Assembly (NCBI GenBank): GCA_041665305.1
Contig: JBAYJD010000004.1
Span: 27,383 to 91,382 of the forward strand
Length of the DNA stretch: 64,000 nt
Source of the DNA: Elusimicrobiales bacterium
GTDB taxonomy: Bacteria; Elusimicrobiota; Elusimicrobia; Elusimicrobiales; UBA9959
Direction: 5' to 3'
The translations under genes were made by a program, and so were the position numbers. Positions 18,609 through 26,089 of this stretch are shown piece after piece. Each line of letters starts with the position of its first letter. Position 1 is the first letter of the stretch. The notes beneath the pieces are model-generated. The model had not been told where the DNA came from and searched no databases. It saw nothing but the letters and a program-made list of their open reading frames with translations.

Positions 18609-20090
18609 CTAAAAATGGAACCGGTTGATCTTTGCATACAACTCGGCTTTAAACTGTTGCGGCAGCCACTTATGCAATAGCACGGCATAAGCAAGGAACA
18701 AAAACGCCGTGGAAAACGCCAGGAACACCAGGGACCGGCCCATAACCGTTCCAGGCCCGCCGCCCCACCCCGCTGAAAAACGCAACGCCGCTAGCGGGAC
18801 CGACAACAGCGCCGCGTGCGCGATCCCCCCCCAGGGCAATTCCACGGGCAGAAGTTTGCGCATACTGAAATACAAAAGGATTCCTGACACTATCCAGCCG
18901 AAAACGATAGAGCTCCCTGCCCCGATAAAAGGATTTAAGGGCATAAGGACTGACAAACCGCAAAGCAAAGTGAGCGTCCCCGCGACTCCCGGCAATATTA
19001 TAGGCGACATTTTCAACTTGGAATGGGAAACCAGCGAGATCATGGAGATTATCATGCGCAAGCCTTCCGCCGCTGCGCCCCAGATAATTATATCCCCACC
19101 GCGCCGGAATTTTTCCGAAGCGACGATCCGGGCTATGGCCCCGCCGTTGGCAGCCACGAATACGGCGGTGACTATAACCATCGGGATAAACGCCGAGGCG
19201 TATCTGTTCCAGGCGGCGGTTTTTTCCTCATCGGAGCTGTGGGAAATTTTAGAATAATATATCGGCTGATAGAACTGGTTGAAAAGGCTTTCAAAGGCGA
19301 GCATCAGGCTGCTGCCTATCGCAAACCCCACCACAAATATGCCCAGGGCCTCGGAACCGGCGGCGCGCTGGAACAGGAACCTGTAACCCTGGGTGTGGAT
19401 CCAATACAGGAACACGCTGACGGACAGCGGCCATGAAAAGTTCCAGACAGGCGCCGCCGCGCTGAAAAAAGGAAGCGGCCCGGCACGGTCCGGCACGGCC
19501 GGCAACGCTTTATAAAAAAACCACAAGATCAGGACAAAAGCCAGGGCCTGGCCCAGCAACTGCCCGCTTAACCAGAATTCGGCCGAGGCCGTAAAGTTTT
19601 TAACCAGCAGCGCGGACAAGGCAAGTCCTGACCACAGGGTCAGCACGGACCCGGCGATAAAATAAAAACGATGCCCCATCAGGTTAAGAAAACCGGCGTA
19701 TGAAATGTTGCCCATGGTGATGACTATGCCGGCCGCCACGAGCGCCGCAAGCCATAGAGGATGTATCGCGATACCCAGAAAATTCCGGTATACCGGCAGC
19801 AGTATAACGCTAAACACGGAAACACCCAGAAGATAAACGGCCCAGCTGTTAAGGCCGCTTCTCAGCCGGTCCTCCTTCTCCCACTCCAGCAGGCGGCGGT
19901 TCATATACATACCCACAGGATTCAGCAGGACCAGCCCGAACCAGCCGGAGACGGTAAGGATAATATTCATCCGCCCGACTTCGGCGGGGCTTAACAGGCT
20001 GGTGAATACCCGTATGTAGAGAACGGAGGTAAGAGCTATTACCCCCCGGCCGAAGCCTAGAAGGATAAAATCCTTTATTCGTTTACCCAT
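18609..20090 (-). CDS. MOP-superfamily oligosaccharide flippase (Wzx-like)
   Basis: 493-aa polytopic protein with a flippase-type N-terminus (ILLGFGRGVIALTSVLYIRVFTSLLSPAEVG). Confidence 0.55.
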   Translation of the reverse strand: MGKRIKDFILLGFGRGVIALTSVLYIRVFTSLLSPAEVGRMNIILTVSGWFGLVLLNPVGMYMNRRLLEWEKEDRLRSGLNSWAVYLLGVSVFSVILLPVYRNFLGIAIHPLWLAALVAAGIVITMGNISYAGFLNLMGHRFYFIAGSVLTLWSGLALSALLVKNFTASAEFWLSGQLLGQALAFVLILWFFYKALPAVPDRAGPLPFFSAAAPVWNFSWPLSVSVFLYWIHTQGYRFLFQRAAGSEALGIFVVGFAIGSSLMLAFESLFNQFYQPIYYSKISHSSDEEKTAAWNRYASAFIPMVIVTAVFVAANGGAIARIVASEKFRRGGDIIIWGAAAEGLRMIISMISLVSHSKLKMSPIILPGVAGTLTLLCGLSVLMPLNPFIGAGSSIVFGWIVSGILLYFSMRKLLPVELPWGGIAHAALLSVPLAALRFSAGWGGGPGTVMGRSLVFLAFSTAFLFLAYAVLLHKWLPQQFKAELYAKINRFHF

Positions 20091-21291
20091 TTGTCGGAAA
20101 CACTCTCGAATCCCAGATTTCTAAAGGCTGCCCTGCCTTAGCTCCGATAGCGGAGATCTTCGCCGCGCACCCCGCGATATCGGTTATACCAAGATCGGAG
20201 CCTTTAATACGCTTGGCGCCGGCATGCCCGATGTACCGCCGCAGCGCGTCGAAAAGTCCCAGCTTCAGCAGCAAACTCCGCAAGCCCAGTTTAAGCTTCA
20301 ACAACAGCAGCCTGCGCCGGACGCTTCTCCCGGTCTGCAAGGGCAGTTCGCCTAATTTTTCATAGAACTCCGCAAGGTCGCGGTTCACATCGCCGCCTGC
20401 GCGCGCGACCTCCATCAGATCCTGATAATACAGCAAAAAATATTCGCCCATTGGAAGCGTATATTTACCGAAATTCTCGGGTTCAAGTTTTTGCAATCTT
20501 AACAATGATTCCGCGAGCGCGTTATATGTATATTTCCCCTTGCATGGGGTATGCCGGAAATCCGTGTCGGCATTCTTCCACATACTGGCCGGATCGTGGA
20601 TTTCCTGCGCCACCTGGGAAGTGTTGCCGCGGCCTATAACTGCCAGCGGTTTGTCTATGACATACATTGCCCCCGTCCGCCTGATCAGCCAGGGAACGGC
20701 TATAATTTCGCCAAGGGGCGTAAGGTAAAAGGCCCCGCATTTGGCCTTTAAGCCTTCAGCCGTTTTTTTACGGAACACCATGGCGGAAGGATGCGGAGGA
20801 TACCCAAGGCCGGATCTAAAAGACAAGTAATCGGAAATAACCTTTTCCGCGTCATGCCTGATAACTTTCCCGCTGAAATCCCTGGCCAGAATGGTGTTTT
20901 TAAGCCTCTCCTCGAAATAAGTGGAGTCGTAATAAGTGACTACCCCGAAAGACAGCAATTGGGCCTGCCGCTCTTTTATGACCGCGGCCGTCTGCGCCAG
21001 GGCGCCCGGCAGCAGCATATCGTCATCGCCCAGAACAAGAAGATATTCACCCAAGGCCCTGTCATAGCAGGCGTTCCAGTTTTCATGGGTAAGCAGAAAA
21101 CGGGAGGAACCGGCGTATTTGATCCTGGGGTCGGAAAAGCCGGCTACCGTCTCTCTGGTGGCGTCAGAGGACGCATTGTCGTTTATAACCACCTCAAAAT
21201 CGGTAAAATCCTGGTCAAGGACCGACTCCACAGCGTATGCCAGCAGGCGCGCCCTGTTGCGGGTCGGTATTAAAACAGAAAAAAAAGGCAT
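20083..21291 (-). CDS. Glycosyltransferase family 2
   Basis: MPFFSVLIPTRNRARLLAYAVESVLDQDF...VINDNASSD, and LGDDD. Start taken at ATG 21291, two nt after the upstream stop. The longer ORF to 21378 overlaps the upstream gene by 85 nt. Confidence 0.7.
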   Translation of the reverse strand: MPFFSVLIPTRNRARLLAYAVESVLDQDFTDFEVVINDNASSDATRETVAGFSDPRIKYAGSSRFLLTHENWNACYDRALGEYLLVLGDDDMLLPGALAQTAAVIKERQAQLLSFGVVTYYDSTYFEERLKNTILARDFSGKVIRHDAEKVISDYLSFRSGLGYPPHPSAMVFRKKTAEGLKAKCGAFYLTPLGEIIAVPWLIRRTGAMYVIDKPLAVIGRGNTSQVAQEIHDPASMWKNADTDFRHTPCKGKYTYNALAESLLRLQKLEPENFGKYTLPMGEYFLLYYQDLMEVARAGGDVNRDLAEFYEKLGELPLQTGRSVRRRLLLLKLKLGLRSLLLKLGLFDALRRYIGHAGAKRIKGSDLGITDIAGCAAKISAIGAKAGQPLEIWDSRVFPTNG

Positions 21292-21293
21292 AG

Positions 21294-22319
21294 TCACTGT
21301 TGTCCTTTCCCCCAGACGGCGGCAAAGATCTCCTGGAACCTTTTGAAATATGTATGTTCGTTTACCGCGCGGGAACATCCGGAAGAGGCGATGGAAAATC
21401 GTTCTTTCTCATTGTCGAGGTAATATCGTATAAGTCCGGCGCAGTCCTCCGGCGTGGTATAAACCGAAACTTCTTCGCCTATCTTCAGATAACGCTCCAG
21501 GCCGGGAACATAATTCGTAAGCTGAAAACCTCCGGCGAGCGGGATCTCAAAATTGCGGGCTTTGATCTGCTCCGCCGTCTTCGGCGAGCGCAGAAATCGC
21601 GCCAAATTCATAAACGAACCCAGCGCGAACCTGAGATCCCTGCTGACGCTGTTGGAAAGGTTCAGGTTTATCCGGCTCTCGCGGAAGATCTGCGACATTT
21701 CCTCAAAACTTGCCTTGCCGTTCGGCCAGCCCCGGCCGAAGCATTCCACTTTTACGCCTAGCCCGGCCAGCGTTTTAATAAACCAGCCCCGGACCTGGTT
21801 ATACGCCCCCACAAACGAAACTTCATAACGGAATTCGGACCCGGAAGGCATGGGTCCCGCGCAAGCGCCGAAGATCTGCCCGGCCCATTGGGTTAAGAGC
21901 GGTTCTACGCCAAGCTTCCGGTATTTTGCGACACTGAATAAGTCCGTGGTGCAGACATGCGTGAAATGCGGGGCAAGTTTTGAGGAATACCGTTCAAAGC
22001 GCCAGGTATCATCGCCGAACCAGGCGCAGGTGGCCCATTTTGCCTTTAAAAAGTCCAGGGTCCCGGCGTCGAATTGATCGGTATAAGGCAGGAAGAAGAT
22101 CAGGTCGGGGTTAAAACTTTCCGCTTTTTCCATAAGCGCCCTGCGCAAGGCGGGGATATCGTGAAGATAAGCGTCGTACCAGAAGGGTTCGACATTTCCC
22201 ACAAGCTTTTTAAAATTCTCATAAAAGCACGCCGCATCTCCAGAAGGACCTCGGGACTTCTCCCCATAGTCCCATTGCATCAGTACGGCCAGTATTTTTT
22301 TATTCCATTTGGGAGTCAT
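21294..22319 (-). CDS. CgeB-like glycosyltransferase (DUF3880/Glyco_trans_1_2-type)
   Basis: The C-terminal part (ARNFEIPLAGGFQLTNYVPGLERYL...SGCSRAVNEHTY) resembles the CgeB spore-maturation/glycosyltransferase family. Confidence 0.55.
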   Translation of the reverse strand: MTPKWNKKILAVLMQWDYGEKSRGPSGDAACFYENFKKLVGNVEPFWYDAYLHDIPALRRALMEKAESFNPDLIFFLPYTDQFDAGTLDFLKAKWATCAWFGDDTWRFERYSSKLAPHFTHVCTTDLFSVAKYRKLGVEPLLTQWAGQIFGACAGPMPSGSEFRYEVSFVGAYNQVRGWFIKTLAGLGVKVECFGRGWPNGKASFEEMSQIFRESRINLNLSNSVSRDLRFALGSFMNLARFLRSPKTAEQIKARNFEIPLAGGFQLTNYVPGLERYLKIGEEVSVYTTPEDCAGLIRYYLDNEKERFSIASSGCSRAVNEHTYFKRFQEIFAAVWGKGQQ

Positions 22320-22330
22320 TCTTAACCTTG

Positions 22331-22361
22331 CTCAATATTTCCGCAGGCAGCTTTTGAGCAT
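22331..22361. repeat. 31-bp direct repeat, copy 1 (duplicate of the colD-like 3' end)
   Basis: ctcaatatttccgcaggcagcttttgagcat is identical to 23894-23924. Confidence 0.95.
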
Positions 22362-22394
22362 TGCCCGGGCCGGAAACAGATTATTTCAAGCGGT

Positions 22395-23171
22395 CTAAAA
22401 CTCTAAAGACTTGATATAGGCCTCAAACATCCTGACTTTGTTACTGTCTCCACTGTTGACAAGAAAGGGTTCAAGGTCTCCCGCCAGCTCATTAAGATTT
22501 AATTCGGAAGTTCTGGCCAGAAGCCGTTCTTTTAGGCCGCGCCCGTCGGGAATGCCTGTTTTGTCGCGAAGATATCGGTAATTCGGTTTAGTTTGAGGCA
22601 TGAGGAACGCGATATCATAAAAATCCCTTCCTTTGGCGCGGGGACGGTTTAACGCCGCGTAAATCTTCTGCGATAAAAGAAGATCGATCGGGGAGGCATA
22701 GATCTGGGTAAACACATCGAATTTATTAAGGATCTTCAGGTCCCTCGCGTAATCAAACGCATGAGGAACGGTATCCATTTGTATCAGGATCTTTTCGTCA
22801 CGCAGGCCGGAAATATCGTTATCGAACAATACTCCGGGGAACCTGATATAGGACCGGTACGCCCCCTTAAAGACATTCTTTATTTCCACCGCATAGCCTT
22901 GCAGTTCCAGACCGCGTTTGACCGCCCCGGCAAGATCCGCGAACGCCCGCTCTGTAAGACCGAAATTATCAAAATCCAGGTCTTCTGAAAACCGATTGTT
23001 GCCGTAAACTATACGCAAAGCCGTTCCGCCAAGAAAAGCCAGGCCGCGGCCGGTCTCAGTATTAAACACTATTTCAAGTATCTTGCATTGTAGGTATTCC
23101 CGCAGGATATTACGTTTAAAAGGCCGTTCCCTGGGCGGATAATACTTTTCAATGTTCACAAGACTAAGCAT
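22395..23171 (-). CDS. abiEii: AbiEii/AbiGii-family nucleotidyltransferase toxin (type IV TA)
   Basis: AFLGGTALRIVYGNNRFSEDLDFD nucleotidyltransferase motif. The gene starts 3 nt downstream of the antitoxin gene. Confidence 0.8.
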   Translation of the reverse strand: MLSLVNIEKYYPPRERPFKRNILREYLQCKILEIVFNTETGRGLAFLGGTALRIVYGNNRFSEDLDFDNFGLTERAFADLAGAVKRGLELQGYAVEIKNVFKGAYRSYIRFPGVLFDNDISGLRDEKILIQMDTVPHAFDYARDLKILNKFDVFTQIYASPIDLLLSQKIYAALNRPRAKGRDFYDIAFLMPQTKPNYRYLRDKTGIPDGRGLKERLLARTSELNLNELAGDLEPFLVNSGDSNKVRMFEAYIKSLEF

Positions 23172-23174
23172 GGT

Positions 23175-23795
23175 TTATAGATCCAGGAACCGGCCGACTC
23201 TGGACGACAAGGCTCGCACGCCGAAAGCGTCAAGATATTTATTAAGCCTGCTCGTATCGGCTTTAGCTTTAAACTCGGCGGAATTAAATCGTAAACTTTC
23301 AAAATCCACGGCATCTTTTATGCGCGGATTAAGATATAAAAAATCAAGCAGGGCCTTTTCAATTTCAGCCACCAGCACCCGGCGGCCATTTTTCTCTCTG
23401 AGTTCATATCCGAACATCAGCGAAGGCTTGAGCTGCTTATAGGTAAAAACGCCTATGTTTGTTTTAAACTGATTTGTTTTTTGCGAAGTCACCGAAGTTA
23501 TGGCATAAACGGCTTCCGGAATAAGCCCATACAGAGAAAGCGCCATCTCAAGAGAAATATATGACGGCTTATAGATAGTATTGGCGATCAGAAACAACTC
23601 ATGTTCATCTAAACCGGCATCAGAAAAAATATAGTAGCCTCTCCTGACCTTATTTATATAACCTTTTGCCATCCATTCGTTTATGCGCCTGAAATCAAAA
23701 TCTGGCGCAATTTTTCTAACATCGGCCAGACCAAAAACATCGAAGCCTTTTAATTTTTCTTTGAAATTTAAAAATTTCATATCATATAATTCCAT
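23175..23795 (-). CDS. abiEi: AbiEi-family antitoxin / transcriptional regulator
   Basis: 206-aa protein upstream of abiEii with an AbiEi-like N-terminal wHTH region (FDVFGLADVRKIAP...RINEWMAKGYINKVRRGYYIF). Confidence 0.7.
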   Translation of the reverse strand: MELYDMKFLNFKEKLKGFDVFGLADVRKIAPDFDFRRINEWMAKGYINKVRRGYYIFSDAGLDEHELFLIANTIYKPSYISLEMALSLYGLIPEAVYAITSVTSQKTNQFKTNIGVFTYKQLKPSLMFGYELREKNGRRVLVAEIEKALLDFLYLNPRIKDAVDFESLRFNSAEFKAKADTSRLNKYLDAFGVRALSSRVGRFLDL

Positions 23796-23831
23796 AACAT
23801 GTGTTTTTTAACATGTTATGGAATTATATCA
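23784..23831 (-). promoter_or_regulatory. abiEi promoter/operator: 19-bp perfect inverted repeat containing the extended -10 and the start codon
   Basis: The arms at 23784-23802 and 23811-23829 (atataattccataacatgt / acatgttatggaattatat) are separated by an 8-nt loop. On the minus strand the upstream arm carries TGATATAAT and the downstream arm carries the abiEi ATG. Confidence 0.5.
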
Positions 23832-23893
23832 TAATTAAGCCTACACTCAGAATTTTCCAGCTCAATATATTTCGGGCGTACCGTTATACCATA

Positions 23894-23924
23894 CTCAATA
23901 TTTCCGCAGGCAGCTTTTGAGCAT
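23894..23924. repeat. 31-bp direct repeat, copy 2 (functional 3' end of the colD-like gene)
   Basis: Encodes MLKSCLRKY plus the stop of the colD-like ORF. Identical to 22331-22361. A degenerate partial third copy (ctcaatatatttcgggcgta) lies at 23861-23880. Confidence 0.95.
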
Positions 23925-25070
23925 GTCCAGGTCGGCTTCGGTAAGCTCCGGGTAATTGCCGAAGTAAAAGCCGCATTCGTGCAGGAACTGGCCGCCTTTA
24001 AGCTGCCAGTCGCCTTTAACATACTTGGCGAAAAAGGGCTGATGCTGCATATTGCCCGCTATAACAGGACGGATTTCCACACCGTCACCGGAGAACTGCT
24101 CGATGTATTTGGCGCGCAGTTCCCTGGTCTTGCAAAGCACCGGAAAAGCGAAATTGGAAACGAAGGAAAGATGTCCGTGCTTTATCGGCAGCAAGTCCGG
24201 ATTATTATTGACCTCTTCTTCAAGCGCCAGATAATTTTTCTGACGGACCTGACAATTTTCATCCAGGTATTTAAGCTGGGTTAAACCCAAAAATCCTGTG
24301 ATCTCGGTAGGCCGCAGATTAAAGCCGAGGTCATAAAAAGTATATTTGGCCTCAAATTCGCTCTTTACGCCGTATTTTTCCCGCAGGCGGCGCTGGGCCG
24401 AGAAGTTAAGGTTGCGGTCCCAACCGTTGGCGCGGGTTATACGCAGCATTTCGTCCAGCTCGTCGTCATCAGCGCAGGCGCAGCCGCCTTCTATGGTGGA
24501 CATATGATGAGCCACAAAAAAAGAAAAAGTGGAGGCCAGGCCGAAATTACCGGTTTTCCCCCCTGGCAGGACCGTGCCGAGGGATTCGCAATTATCCTCT
24601 ATGAGCAGGACGCCGTTTTTTTTGCAAAGTTCGCGGATCTCACCCAGGTCACCGGCGAACCCCAGCGCGTTGGTGATAAAAAAAGCGTTCAATTTTACCT
24701 TTTTAAGGGTTTCGGAAAGGTTGGCGGCCATGCAGTTAAGCGTCTGAGCCTCGCAGTCCACCGGCACGGCTTTCATGCCAAGCTGAAGGATGGGCATAAC
24801 ATTGGTGGACCAGGTAAGGGCTGAAAAGCCCACGGTATCGCCGTCTTTAAGACGGCCCAGATTCTTAAGGGCCTGGAGCAGGGCCAGGTTGGCGCTGCCG
24901 CCGCTGTTAAAAAGGATGCAATGCCGCCGCCCCTGCGCCTTGGCGAAAGCCTTCTCGAACTCCCGGCATTTTTCGCCCATGCTAAGGATTTTGGCCTTAA
25001 GTATAAAATCCACCAGTTCTTTTTTGGTTTCATACTCGTTCAGGAATGTGTTCTTCATTAACGGGATCAT
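23895..25070 (-). CDS. colD: GDP-4-keto-6-deoxy-D-mannose 3-dehydratase-like PLP/PMP enzyme (ColD-like, DegT family)
   Basis: DegT-fold protein in which the Schiff-base Lys position is His (TFSFFVAHHMSTIEGG). LIEDNCESLG and RANGWDRNL blocks match my recollection of E. coli ColD. RBS GAAGGA. Confidence 0.7.
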   Translation of the reverse strand: MIPLMKNTFLNEYETKKELVDFILKAKILSMGEKCREFEKAFAKAQGRRHCILFNSGGSANLALLQALKNLGRLKDGDTVGFSALTWSTNVMPILQLGMKAVPVDCEAQTLNCMAANLSETLKKVKLNAFFITNALGFAGDLGEIRELCKKNGVLLIEDNCESLGTVLPGGKTGNFGLASTFSFFVAHHMSTIEGGCACADDDELDEMLRITRANGWDRNLNFSAQRRLREKYGVKSEFEAKYTFYDLGFNLRPTEITGFLGLTQLKYLDENCQVRQKNYLALEEEVNNNPDLLPIKHGHLSFVSNFAFPVLCKTRELRAKYIEQFSGDGVEIRPVIAGNMQHQPFFAKYVKGDWQLKGGQFLHECGFYFGNYPELTEADLDMLKSCLRKY

Positions 25071-25118
25071 AAGTATTTTCCTTCGGGAAAGCCGCTTGCT
25101 TTACGCAGAAATTGCTTT

Positions 25119-25158
25119 CTTCCAACCTTCCAAACCTCTAACCTTCTAACCCTCACCG
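25119..25158. repeat. Degenerate 8-nt tandem array (cttccaac family), intergenic
   Basis: Five units: cttccaac cttccaaa cctctaac cttctaac cctcaccg. The array overlaps the fcl/colC-like stop codon and lies about 50 nt upstream of the colD-like start. Confidence 0.9.
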
Positions 25159-26085
25159 TTTCCCCTGACCTTCCAGTCCTTTAAAAAACTCATAAGCCTT
25201 GGCTATTCCGTCCTTCAGCGATGTGGACGGCGCCCAGCCCCAGGCGGCCTGACGGGCGGTGTCTACCAGCTTTTGTTTCATGCCCGCCGGCTTGGACAGG
25301 TCGTGGGTGAACGCGCCTGTATAACCGACTACTTCGGCCACGGTCTGATAATAGTCGTTGACTGAATGATCGAGCCCCAGTCCGGCATTCATCAGGTCCG
25401 GCAGGGTGTCGAAATCGGTTATGGCTTTATGGATGCAGCCGGCGATATCACCGGCGTACATAAATTCCCTGCGGGTCAGGCCGTCTCCCCAGATCTCTAC
25501 CGACTTGCCCCCATTCAGCTTTGCCAGATGCAGTTTACGGATGACAGCCGGGATCATGTGGGAGTGCTCGGGGGAGAACTTATCCCAGCGGCCATAAAGG
25601 TTGCACGGAATAAGGGTTTTATAGCGGAACTCCGGGATTTCTTTTGAAATATAGGCGCACAGCCTGGAAACCACGACCTTTGCCAATGCGTAGCCTTCAT
25701 TGGTAGGCTCAAGTTCGCCCTGTAGAACCATTTCCTCTTTAAGAGGATTGGGGGCGTTGCGCGGATACATGCAGGAACTGCCCAGATTTATAAACTTTAT
25801 AACGCCGCAGTTGCGGGCGGCCCAAACGGTATTGCGGCCCATATCCATATTTTCAAGCAGGAAAGCCACAGGGTTGGCCATATTGGCCTGTATGCCGCCG
25901 ACGCGGCCCGCGGCGTGGATAATGATGTCCGGCTTAATTTTTGCCATGTAGGCCCTGACAGCTTCGTAATCAAAAAGATCAAGCTCCGGGAGATCCGGCG
26001 CAAAAAACTCATGTTTCGAAGCGGCGGGATGTTCAAGGATATTGCGCCCGACCATCCCCGAACCGCCCGTCAGCATAACTTTCAT
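25153..26085 (-). CDS. GDP-L-fucose synthase family (Fcl / GDP-L-colitose synthase ColC-like)
   Basis: VMLTGGSGMVGRNI, LGSSCMYP, EPTNEGYALAKV, SHMIPAVIRK. Start taken at ATG 26085 (MKVMLTGG), 4 nt after the upstream stop. Confidence 0.75.
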   Translation of the reverse strand: MKVMLTGGSGMVGRNILEHPAASKHEFFAPDLPELDLFDYEAVRAYMAKIKPDIIIHAAGRVGGIQANMANPVAFLLENMDMGRNTVWAARNCGVIKFINLGSSCMYPRNAPNPLKEEMVLQGELEPTNEGYALAKVVVSRLCAYISKEIPEFRYKTLIPCNLYGRWDKFSPEHSHMIPAVIRKLHLAKLNGGKSVEIWGDGLTRREFMYAGDIAGCIHKAITDFDTLPDLMNAGLGLDHSVNDYYQTVAEVVGYTGAFTHDLSKPAGMKQKLVDTARQAAWGWAPSTSLKDGIAKAYEFFKGLEGQGKR

Positions 26086-26089
26086 AAGA

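Larger units (their letters stand above)
22362..23893 (-). mobile_element. Inserted AbiE toxin-antitoxin cassette bounded by 31-bp direct repeats
   Basis: Visibly AT-richer segment carrying only abiEi-abiEii and its own promoter. It is bracketed by the perfect direct repeat. No recombinase lies inside. Confidence 0.45.

Noticed and set aside
21292-21378. 85-nt overlap between the GT2 ORF (to 21378) and the CgeB-like gene, which could suggest a frameshifted fusion.
   Set aside because: The GT2 domain begins exactly at the internal ATG (MPFFSVLIPTRN), 2 nt after the upstream stop. The extension has no homology signal.
23816-24022. 68-aa minus-strand ORF overlapping the colD-like 3' end and the abiEi promoter.
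   Set aside because: It is out of frame with colD, has no RBS and no motif, and spans a junction created by the cassette insertion.
25143-25158. GGGTTAG / TTAGGG-like telomere-repeat resemblance in the intergenic octamer array.
   Set aside because: Only a single unit matches. The periodicity is 8 nt, not 6 or 7, and the context is an internal operon spacer.
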